This document shows, piece after piece, positions 39,692 to 48,094 of a DNA stretch of 64,000 nucleotides. The stretch's first letter is position 1; every line of letters begins with the position of its first letter. This DNA comes from a virus. A model generated the notes under the pieces. It searched no databases, was not told the origin of the DNA, and was given only the letters and a program-made list of their open reading frames with translations. Both the position numbers and the translations under genes were made by a program. The stretch lies in IMG/VR virus record IMGVR_UViG_3300042563_002756. The stretch is one strand, 5' to 3'.

Positions 39692-40595
39692 TCTTTCCTT
39701 CATCAATCAGATTGTTCTTTATGAGATATTCTAAAGTACTTTTATTAAATTCTTGAATAATTTGTGTATCGTTACCGTATTTGAGATAAGGCGTTATACC
39801 CAATCCTTTGATTCTTTTTTCAAAAGAAGCATCGAACTTATTTCTTATATCAAACAAAATTTTCTCTTTAATTTCAGCTGATAGACTTTTGCTAATTACA
39901 AGTCCCATTATATTTGATAGAGGAAATTTTTCTTTGAACTGTGTATCCCATAGAGGAACGTTTTCACTTATAGGGTTAGTGACTATTATTGCATTAAGCC
40001 TAGGATTAGTAAGGTGCTGTCTATGAACTGCATACTGGACCCACATACAGTTAATTTGATTACCTAGTAAGTCAAATAACGGTTTCCCTCCTCCAGCTGG
40101 ATATTGAACAATTATATGATTGTTTTTTGGAAGTTTATTTATAATCAATTGAGTAGTATAATGATCACCGGTTCCGACTCCAACTGAACCGAAGCTTAGA
40201 GATTTTTTATTATTCTGTAGATCTGTGAAATTCTTTATTCCTGTTTCGGCATTGCAAAACAATACCATAGGCATTACTCCGATCGATGCAATAATTTCTA
40301 GGTCTTCGGTTACAATTTTTTTAACATCGGGGTTCATTTTGTCAATTGACACAAAAGACATAATGGATGCAAATACCATAACGGCATTTTCTTTATGAAC
40401 GTGCCTAAGTGCAATCTGCGATGATCCGCCTGGCTTGTGTACCACAACGTAAGCAGGATCATTAAACGTTTCTTGAACTGACCTAGCAATTAAACTACCC
40501 GGACCGCCAGGTCCAAACGGAGCTACAATTTCTATTGTGGTTGCATAAAGGACTGAGTGAAACAGCATTATAGCAAGTAGTAATATTTTCTTCAT
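39684..40595 (-). CDS. TctC/Bug-family periplasmic solute-binding protein (signal peptide)
   Basis: IVAPFGPGGPGSLIARSV, VVVHKPGGSSQIA, FGSVGVGTGDHYTTQL, QYPAGGGKPLFDLLGNQINCMWVQ match TctC blocks. Confidence 0.75.
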   Translation of the reverse strand: MKKILLLAIMLFHSVLYATTIEIVAPFGPGGPGSLIARSVQETFNDPAYVVVHKPGGSSQIALRHVHKENAVMVFASIMSFVSIDKMNPDVKKIVTEDLEIIASIGVMPMVLFCNAETGIKNFTDLQNNKKSLSFGSVGVGTGDHYTTQLIINKLPKNNHIIVQYPAGGGKPLFDLLGNQINCMWVQYAVHRQHLTNPRLNAIIVTNPISENVPLWDTQFKEKFPLSNIMGLVISKSLSAEIKEKILFDIRNKFDASFEKRIKGLGITPYLKYGNDTQIIQEFNKSTLEYLIKNNLIDEGKIK

Positions 40596-40603
40596 AATCT
40601 TGT

Positions 40604-41857
40604 TTAGTCTAATAGCCAGTCCCCACCAAAGGGAAATGAATGTGTTGGTTTAAAATTAACAGCAGCATTATTCTTGTCGAAAGCTAAATATTCTCCATCT
40701 ATCCCATTTAGGTAACTCTTTACATAATAATTCCATTTGTCCTGTATTGGTTTAGTTTCATGATGGTCCCAGAATACCCAATCTTGCGGTTTTCCAACTT
40801 TTACCTGAGTTAGTATTTCGATATCTTTTTTTATTTGAAATCGATTAGTATTCCAAAATGGATACAGAACTTTTTTACATATTTCGTCTTTTAAGTACTG
40901 CGGAGTTTGATTTAGCAGCATCAGTGTTTTTTCTTTTGATAGATTATTAAACTTTGAAAGAGGATACAATAGCATTCTATCTTCTTTATTAGTTTTATAA
41001 TGGAGATAAACTTGATATGCCATTTCCACAGCTAGTAATGGGTAGTCTGGTGTTATATAAAAATACTCAGTACCGGTACCGCCAAAAGTCAAGTTGTGTT
41101 GCAGAGGCCAATCAACAAATCTCGAAACTACTTTATTAGGTTCTAATTCAGAAATATACAAGTTGGGTTTATCTGCTCCTTCGATAATGCCAACATTTAC
41201 ACCTTTGTCGAATAGAGTTTTTTCAAATTTAGAAAAATGCTGCATTCTATAAAAACTTATAGGGCTTAAATAGTGATTTTGTTTTTGAAACTGTGTATCA
41301 TCAATTCTTTTTTCTGTTGTAATATTTTCAAGCCAGTCGTCGACATAGATTTTTATGTCTGGATAATTTTTTGAAATCCAATCTAAGTCGGGTTTTATTA
41401 CATAGTCCCATTCACTTAATTCGTTCTTAGGACTGAAATTTAAATTGTTAGGGGTGTATAGATTTTTTGATTTAGCAGAAACTGGCCAATTAACATATAT
41501 TGCATCTAATTTTATATTGTTCTTTAAAAAAGTCATCAATACATTGTGACTGTCTGAACCGCCTGAATATTTTAAAATTAAATATTCATACTTGTCTCTT
41601 AATTGCATTGCACGATCTTTATATAAAACATTCAACGGAATTTGTCCACACAACGAATAGTTGAAGTTTTTCCATATGTCTGAATAATATCGAAATGCAA
41701 TACCTACATTAGTGTTTAATTTTTTTAATCGAGTAGCTTCGAGTAATGCCTCTACTTTGTTTAAGTAATCTTTGTAAAAATTATGATTACTTTTGTTATA
41801 TACTCTATAGCATCCAAAAGAGTTAAGTGATAGATCAGTAATTGTAGTATTAGTCAT
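40604..41857 (-). CDS. PP-loop ATP-pyrophosphatase-family protein, paralog 3 (417 aa)
   Basis: KYSGGSDSHNVL PP-loop. Confidence 0.65.
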   Translation of the reverse strand: MTNTTITDLSLNSFGCYRVYNKSNHNFYKDYLNKVEALLEATRLKKLNTNVGIAFRYYSDIWKNFNYSLCGQIPLNVLYKDRAMQLRDKYEYLILKYSGGSDSHNVLMTFLKNNIKLDAIYVNWPVSAKSKNLYTPNNLNFSPKNELSEWDYVIKPDLDWISKNYPDIKIYVDDWLENITTEKRIDDTQFQKQNHYLSPISFYRMQHFSKFEKTLFDKGVNVGIIEGADKPNLYISELEPNKVVSRFVDWPLQHNLTFGGTGTEYFYITPDYPLLAVEMAYQVYLHYKTNKEDRMLLYPLSKFNNLSKEKTLMLLNQTPQYLKDEICKKVLYPFWNTNRFQIKKDIEILTQVKVGKPQDWVFWDHHETKPIQDKWNYYVKSYLNGIDGEYLAFDKNNAAVNFKPTHSFPFGGDWLLD

Positions 41858-42700
41858 TTAGTTTAAATTAGAGCCTAACCAGTTGCCATAATGCACACAA
41901 TGATCCTCTAGTCTATTAGAAGATCGTGTGAGCGGATAGTGCGGTCCTTTCTGAGATTCAATCGCAGCAACATCTTCTCGAAAAACAGGTTCTATATAGT
42001 GTTCAAATTTTTCTCTTTGTCCTACATTGGTAGTTTTATCGAAATAATATTGTGTGATCCAATTAAAACCAAATTCACTTTCTGTATTGTGCGGGGTAGT
42101 ATAATTTAATGCTACACACCCCGGGCTCCATTCTATAAACGTATATGGATAAACAAATAACCACCAGCCTGTTGAACAGGTTTGCAAAATCCATCCGTCA
42201 CCGTCATACATTTCAATATCATTTAAATTTGTAATTTCTGCTAATTCAGGATGTACTACATCTTCACCTTGTCTAATATGTAGTAGGTCTGCCTGTATTT
42301 CCATCATCCAAAGCCAACTACCCTTTTCACTTGTTCCGTGTCTAGAATGGCTATATTCTAGATTAGTCTCTGTTGCAAGATCGTTGACCCATTGGTGATC
42401 TGGTTCTAAAAAGTTTTTAAATATTAATCCACTTTTTCCAGTTTGTGCAGATCCACATGCAATTTTTCGATCGTTGTTTATAGGATCTCCGTCCTTATTC
42501 CATTCAAATCCATGAAACTTGCATACTATATTTTCAACTATTGAACCCGGCTCTGCTAGCGGATACATACGATGGGGGCAATGGCGTCGAAAAAGATTTA
42601 TTTTATCTTGATTTTTATTAAGGATATAATCTGGTACAACAAAATTGCCAGCATCGAGGGCAGATGTATGGGCTAAAATTTTTGGTGGATTGTTGAACAT
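41858..42700 (-). CDS. Rieske [2Fe-2S] domain oxygenase-like protein (280 aa)
   Basis: CPHR ... CKFHG (CxH-x16-CxxH) Rieske signature; His-containing C-terminal domain. Confidence 0.65.
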   Translation of the reverse strand: MFNNPPKILAHTSALDAGNFVVPDYILNKNQDKINLFRRHCPHRMYPLAEPGSIVENIVCKFHGFEWNKDGDPINNDRKIACGSAQTGKSGLIFKNFLEPDHQWVNDLATETNLEYSHSRHGTSEKGSWLWMMEIQADLLHIRQGEDVVHPELAEITNLNDIEMYDGDGWILQTCSTGWWLFVYPYTFIEWSPGCVALNYTTPHNTESEFGFNWITQYYFDKTTNVGQREKFEHYIEPVFREDVAAIESQKGPHYPLTRSSNRLEDHCVHYGNWLGSNLN

Positions 42701-42723
42701 GTATTTTCTTTTTCTACAAATAT

Positions 42724-43641
42724 TTATTGTAATAACAAACGGTTTAATTCTTCTTCAGAATATTTAATTGTAGTATCGTCGATGTCTCTCATATATTTGT
42801 TATAAAAATCATTAATAAATTGAGGTCTATGAGCTACAGGATTATCTAATCCCTCGTATCCTACTAGTTTAGGTTTATATTCCATTGTAGGCCAAATGTA
42901 TTTGTGTATAGCAACTCTACTGCTGATATTACTAATCTTGCCCAAGTGCTCATCATTTAGTAGTTGCCTAACTAATGGAAGTTCTTTATAAGACATAATT
43001 ATTTCAGGAGTATATTCGTACCAATCACCTATAATAGTTCTCCCTATATTTTTAGCGTAGGTAGATACAGAATATCCATCCTCGTGTAATTGAAATAGCC
43101 AACGAGACTTTTTACTGTAATCATTTTCTAATTCACGACGCCAGTAAGGTTCGCCGTCGCAGAAGATAGGTATGTTGTCTAAGTAGTCAATAAATTTAAG
43201 TCTAGGCAGTCTCCCTGCCATTGGTATCAGTGTACTATTAAACAATTCCAATGCTTCTTCTTTAAAGAATTTTTCTACGTTAAAATCGACGATATTGTAA
43301 GGTATGTTTAGTTCGTTGCATAATTTTACAGCATTGTTTACGTCGCGAATATTGTAGTTATTTTCTAATCTAAAGATAAAAGTATTATGTTTAATACCAG
43401 CACTCTTAAATGTTCTGACAACTATTTCACTGTCTGTACCTCCACTAAGGCATACGTCAAACGGTTCTTTATAAGAATCTCGCATGATACGTGCATTATT
43501 AATGAGTGCGTCTTTATAAGAAGTTAACGGAGTACTGATCTTGTTGTTAAAATTTATAGATATAATACTATGTTTATCTTTTTTAACACCGTATTCAATA
43601 CCGTCAAAATTATAACTCATCCAGTTATTAAATCTTTGCAT
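42724..43641 (-). CDS. PP-loop ATP-pyrophosphatase-family protein, paralog 4 (305 aa)
   Basis: CLSGGTDSEIVV PP-loop. Confidence 0.65.
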   Translation of the reverse strand: MQRFNNWMSYNFDGIEYGVKKDKHSIISINFNNKISTPLTSYKDALINNARIMRDSYKEPFDVCLSGGTDSEIVVRTFKSAGIKHNTFIFRLENNYNIRDVNNAVKLCNELNIPYNIVDFNVEKFFKEEALELFNSTLIPMAGRLPRLKFIDYLDNIPIFCDGEPYWRRELENDYSKKSRWLFQLHEDGYSVSTYAKNIGRTIIGDWYEYTPEIIMSYKELPLVRQLLNDEHLGKISNISSRVAIHKYIWPTMEYKPKLVGYEGLDNPVAHRPQFINDFYNKYMRDIDDTTIKYSEEELNRLLLQ

Positions 43642-43649
43642 TGAATATT

Positions 43650-45128
43650 CTAATCTGATTTGTGTTGTAAGTTAAAAGTCTTTGATAGTTCTAACATATC
43701 ATTTACGTATATTTCGCATTCTTTCTTAATCAACGAGGGAATATTATATTTAGATATTATTTCTTTTCTGGATAAATTCAATAATTCCTTATCTGGAATT
43801 CCGAATCGTCTTAGGTAATTATAAGTAAATCCACCGAATTTAAATTTTGAAAACTTGTTAGATTTTTCTGTTATATTGTGAGCAATATCAAAGCACTGTG
43901 AGTAACTTAACCCTGTATTTTTATTATACCATCCTTCATCTGTAATTTCATAACCATACTTATCATGATTAATATCAAATTCAGAGTGGAAGTTTTTATT
44001 AGTTTTACTAAGAGGAGAAATACCTAAGGGATTTACATACCAGCTATCTAAATAATTTTTGTCTGAGAATAAAAATTCTTCAAGTTCGGTAAAAGTATCA
44101 AGCGTATCATGTGGTAATCCTAATATAAATCCTGAATTTAATATTACGTCTTTGAATTCATTTTGTTTTAATTCTTTTATAAATTCTAATTGATCGTAGG
44201 GATTTAAACCTTTACCAATAGATTTAGCAGATTGGTGATTAATACTTTCAATACCAAACATTGCCGATGTGAGCCCGGACTCTTTTAAGTACGGGATAGA
44301 CTCTGGAAATCGCATTAGTAAGTCAATCCTCAAATAACTAGAAAAATGAATTTTAAATTTAAGTTTAGAAAATACGTTATCATGTAAATATTTTAACTTG
44401 TCTAAACTATCATTATAGGTATCATCACTAAAAGTATAATAAGTTATTCCAAAATTTTCATAATTATAATTTAACTCATCTAATAAAACATTTCCGTGTT
44501 TTATCCACTCACCTTTTGTTTTTCCGTTTAATGGGAATGCACAAAACTTACATTTAAAAATGCAACCTCTGCTTATCTCAATTGGCAATGCATCTAAATT
44601 ACTAATCAGATCATTTTTAGTGTACGTTATTTGACTTGATGAAAAATCTTTAAATTCACTACCTTGAATTAATGTAGTACGAAAAGAAATATTAGATGAT
44701 TTGTTTGTCAAACACCATTCAGTGAATTCTATAATTTCTTTGTCACTATAGCTCTTGAATATCTTTACTCCATATTGTTCTAATGGAAAATATCTAGACC
44801 CACCTGATATTATTTTAACTTTGGGATTTAAATTCTTGATAAATTGTATAAAGTTAACAAACAGTTCATCGTTTGTAGTAGATTTAAACGTTAATCCAAG
44901 AAGTTTATCAAAAAATGTAGTACTAAATCCTACCCACAATGTGCTTGATGATATTGAATTTTTTAAGACTTCTTTTAGCTGTTCTAGTTTATTCACATAT
45001 TCAAATGCACTTAGATCAATGCACACAGTAGAATAATTATTCTTTCTCAGTTCGGATGATATTCTAAATACGCCGCCGTGCTTTTGTAGTGGCATTGGGG
45101 TACTACCGTATAATAAAATACAATTCAT
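43650..45128 (-). CDS. radical SAM enzyme with N-terminal B12-binding-like domain, paralog 1
   Basis: CxxxCxxC (RGCIFKCKFCAF); N-terminal Rossmann-like region; 492 aa. Confidence 0.7.
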   Translation of the reverse strand: MNCILLYGSTPMPLQKHGGVFRISSELRKNNYSTVCIDLSAFEYVNKLEQLKEVLKNSISSSTLWVGFSTTFFDKLLGLTFKSTTNDELFVNFIQFIKNLNPKVKIISGGSRYFPLEQYGVKIFKSYSDKEIIEFTEWCLTNKSSNISFRTTLIQGSEFKDFSSSQITYTKNDLISNLDALPIEISRGCIFKCKFCAFPLNGKTKGEWIKHGNVLLDELNYNYENFGITYYTFSDDTYNDSLDKLKYLHDNVFSKLKFKIHFSSYLRIDLLMRFPESIPYLKESGLTSAMFGIESINHQSAKSIGKGLNPYDQLEFIKELKQNEFKDVILNSGFILGLPHDTLDTFTELEEFLFSDKNYLDSWYVNPLGISPLSKTNKNFHSEFDINHDKYGYEITDEGWYNKNTGLSYSQCFDIAHNITEKSNKFSKFKFGGFTYNYLRRFGIPDKELLNLSRKEIISKYNIPSLIKKECEIYVNDMLELSKTFNLQHKSD

Positions 45129-45898
45129 GTTTTGATTACCTTAATAATTAGTCCAGCAATATCAAGTTCCCACCATTTCTTTTTGAACATATAGTCTTTA
45201 GGGTATCGATGATGATTATTGTGCCACGATTCCCCCCAACTAGGAATAGCCCATATCCAGTTGTTTGTGCTTTGATCGTTTATATTATAACTACGATATC
45301 CACCTAACCAATCAGGTTTATGACCTACGTAATTAACTACATTACTCATAATTCCAGTAATCAGCGACGGTGCCCAAAGTAAAAATATCATTAAATAAAA
45401 TCCACCAATCATAAACAATATCATGCTATACACAGCAATAATTGCAAAATAATAACGGTGTAAAAACTGTTGAAATTTATCCGTTACTATATTTCTCATA
45501 CGCCATTTAGTATTACTATCAATTTCATTTACGTAATCAAGTGTAAAGATTTTCAAGCCTTTATATAATGGACTGTGAGGATCACTTGGTTTGTCACTTT
45601 TTAAGTGATGATTAATATGAATAGCGACCCATGCTAATGGACTTCCTGTTCCTGCAAAACAGCCCATCACTGATAAAATTTTAGTTAATAAAGGATATGT
45701 AGTATAGCTATTATGAGTAAGGCTTCTATGGTATGTGACGACAATACCCAAACAACCGTATAAAAAATATCCTAACAATATAAGCAATACAGCGTTAGTC
45801 GTTAGACCATACCAAGTTATTCCAGAAATGGTACCTAGTAATGATAAAATCATGAATAGTTGGGAACCGCGTGTGCTAGATGATAGATATGTTGTCAT
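45125..45898 (-). CDS. acyl-CoA/acyl-lipid Delta9 fatty-acid desaturase-family membrane protein, paralog 1
   Basis: His boxes HRSLTH, HINHH...DPH, HNNHH with SCD-like spacing; multiple TM segments. Confidence 0.75.
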   Translation of the reverse strand: MTTYLSSSTRGSQLFMILSLLGTISGITWYGLTTNAVLLILLGYFLYGCLGIVVTYHRSLTHNSYTTYPLLTKILSVMGCFAGTGSPLAWVAIHINHHLKSDKPSDPHSPLYKGLKIFTLDYVNEIDSNTKWRMRNIVTDKFQQFLHRYYFAIIAVYSMILFMIGGFYLMIFLLWAPSLITGIMSNVVNYVGHKPDWLGGYRSYNINDQSTNNWIWAIPSWGESWHNNHHRYPKDYMFKKKWWELDIAGLIIKVIKT

Positions 45899-45928
45899 AA
45901 AGTTATGTAACTTATTATTTTAAGTTAT

Positions 45929-46522
45929 TTAATCTTGTTGTAGCGTACTCCAGGCATAATTGTAATATTTTAAATAGCTACGGTTAATCAAATGTTCGAA
46001 GTCATTGTTTGGTTCTCCGTATACCGCTAATAGACCCTTGCTACAATTAGGATCATATTTGGAAGAATGTTTTACTGGGCCGTCTAGATAATAAAAACTG
46101 TTAGTATCATTTGGCATCGTTAAGGTATAGGAACTAGTTTCATTTGTAAAATTCCATACAGGTTCTTGATAAGTGTTCCAGAGGAATGTTCGTATACTAG
46201 GGGTATTTCTTGTGTTATCAGAATGGGGGGATATCGTTTCTAAATTTTCTATCACTCTGATAAGTCCAATTTTAAATTTAACTGAATCTTGAATTTGTTT
46301 GCATAAGTCTATCACTACTGGATTCTGTTCAGCATATGGTGCTTGATAACTGGTAGGATGGCCACGAATTTTGTATAAGTCTAAGCCTCGCCAGTTTGAC
46401 GAAACGGTGTTGTGGTTCCTAATAGCTTTATGCATAACATCAGCAGTCTTCCAGGTACTCCACCATTCATTCCAATCATTGGGTACAATTTTAGGTATAT
46501 CTAACGGACAAACTAATATCAT
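45929..46522 (-). CDS. hypothetical protein (197 aa)
   Basis: ORF between the two desaturases. Confidence 0.4.
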   Translation of the reverse strand: MILVCPLDIPKIVPNDWNEWWSTWKTADVMHKAIRNHNTVSSNWRGLDLYKIRGHPTSYQAPYAEQNPVVIDLCKQIQDSVKFKIGLIRVIENLETISPHSDNTRNTPSIRTFLWNTYQEPVWNFTNETSSYTLTMPNDTNSFYYLDGPVKHSSKYDPNCSKGLLAVYGEPNNDFEHLINRSYLKYYNYAWSTLQQD

Positions 46523-46639
46523 TAATTATTAAACTTACTTTTTATCGATTTATAAGATTCTGTAGTTGACCCGAATGATAGCAAATATCTGACTTTGCGC
46601 CGACCTTTATTTGATACCCTATGAAATTGTTTAGTGCTA

Positions 46640-47446
46640 TCATGATTTTTTTCTAATAAAAATAATAAAATTTCCTAATGAGTCAACTTCCCACCATTTT
46701 ATTTTAGTGGTAAAATTTCCAGGATTTTTATGATGATTATTATGCCAGGCATCCCCGAGTATAAAGGGCCATAACCAGATGTTATTAGTACTAGTATCTC
46801 GAGTTTCGAAGTTTCTATGTCCGTGCATATGAGCAAAATAGTTAAAACAGTTTTGACTTAGCTGTACTAACATAACAGGTAATACCCATGTAAAATAAAT
46901 TAAATCGATATTGATAAAACTTAAAAAAACCAACCATGTAAATATTATAGCAAAATACCATTTATTAATAAAGAGATGTTCTTTGGTCATTAGCTCTTTT
47001 ACTAAAAATACTTTCATCTTACCACTATGAGTTTCGATGTGTTTAAATCCAAATAATTTAAATCCTAAGTTATGAGGACTATGCGGGTCCTCATGTTGAT
47101 CTGAGTAGGCATGATGTAATCGATGCACATATACCCAACCTAAGGGGCTTCCTCGACCAGTAAGTATTGCAATCAACGTACAGATCCATTTTAGCAGGTT
47201 ACTGTTAAATTCAAAAGATTTATGACTATAGTACCTATGCAACGTAAGACTTACACCTATAATACTATAGAGATAAAAACTTATAGTTGTTATTAGAATA
47301 TTTTGAAAAGTAAAATCAAAATAAAACAATCCAATAATTGCACATAGGCTTGTGGCTAGTTGAACTTTGGTAATTGTGGTTGCACTTGCTGAAAACATAT
47401 TGTATTTATGAACTAAATATTTTAAGGACACAAATATTCCTTGCAC
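46640..47446 (-). CDS. acyl-CoA/acyl-lipid Delta9 fatty-acid desaturase-family membrane protein, paralog 2
   Basis: HRYYSH, HRLHHAYSDQHEDPH, HNNHH His boxes. Confidence 0.75.
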   Translation of the reverse strand: MQGIFVSLKYLVHKYNMFSASATTITKVQLATSLCAIIGLFYFDFTFQNILITTISFYLYSIIGVSLTLHRYYSHKSFEFNSNLLKWICTLIAILTGRGSPLGWVYVHRLHHAYSDQHEDPHSPHNLGFKLFGFKHIETHSGKMKVFLVKELMTKEHLFINKWYFAIIFTWLVFLSFINIDLIYFTWVLPVMLVQLSQNCFNYFAHMHGHRNFETRDTSTNNIWLWPFILGDAWHNNHHKNPGNFTTKIKWWEVDSLGNFIIFIRKKS

Positions 47447-47488
47447 TTGTAGGAAGCATAAGTATAGTTATCTACTGAATTTATTCCT

Positions 47489-48094
47489 ATGAAAATTGTA
47501 CGTTACAGAGAATTGATCGACAATACTGAATTTTTTACTTTTTTAAAAACAGAGTCACTTGAAATAGATCAGCTAGCAAGCATAAATCTTTGGACAGAAG
47601 ATCAGCAATCTAACAGTCATACGCTATCTTATATTTTAACAAACACTAACCGGTTTGATGGAGTTAACGGTGACTTCTATATCCTTTATGATGGTAATAA
47701 TATAGTGGCATGTAGCGGCGTATACATAAGTGAATTTAGTAAAGATATTGTAATTGCAGGCGTGCGTACTTGGGTGAATAAAAATTACCGCCATTTAACA
47801 TTGAATAGAGACTATCTTTTAGCAGAACAAAAAAAATGGGCAATAGATAGAAATGCAAAAATAATAGCATTATCGTTTAATGAGTATAACAAAAACATTA
47901 TTCAAATTTTCAAGCGTAACCGGCTAGGAGAAAACTCAGGAAGAATTAACAGTCGGTTGCCCAAACATATTTTTTACAATGGTTTACAGGAAATTAAATT
48001 TCCGATAATAATTCAATATACTCCTCAGTGGGTAATCTACGAAAAATTAGATTCAAATTTTACATTTGACTGGACTACTATTAAATGGAAGTAA
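47489..48094 (+). CDS. hypothetical protein, possible GNAT-like fold (201 aa)
   Basis: weak acyl-CoA N-acyltransferase-like core; speculative. Confidence 0.3.
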   Translation: MKIVRYRELIDNTEFFTFLKTESLEIDQLASINLWTEDQQSNSHTLSYILTNTNRFDGVNGDFYILYDGNNIVACSGVYISEFSKDIVIAGVRTWVNKNYRHLTLNRDYLLAEQKKWAIDRNAKIIALSFNEYNKNIIQIFKRNRLGENSGRINSRLPKHIFYNGLQEIKFPIIIQYTPQWVIYEKLDSNFTFDWTTIKWK

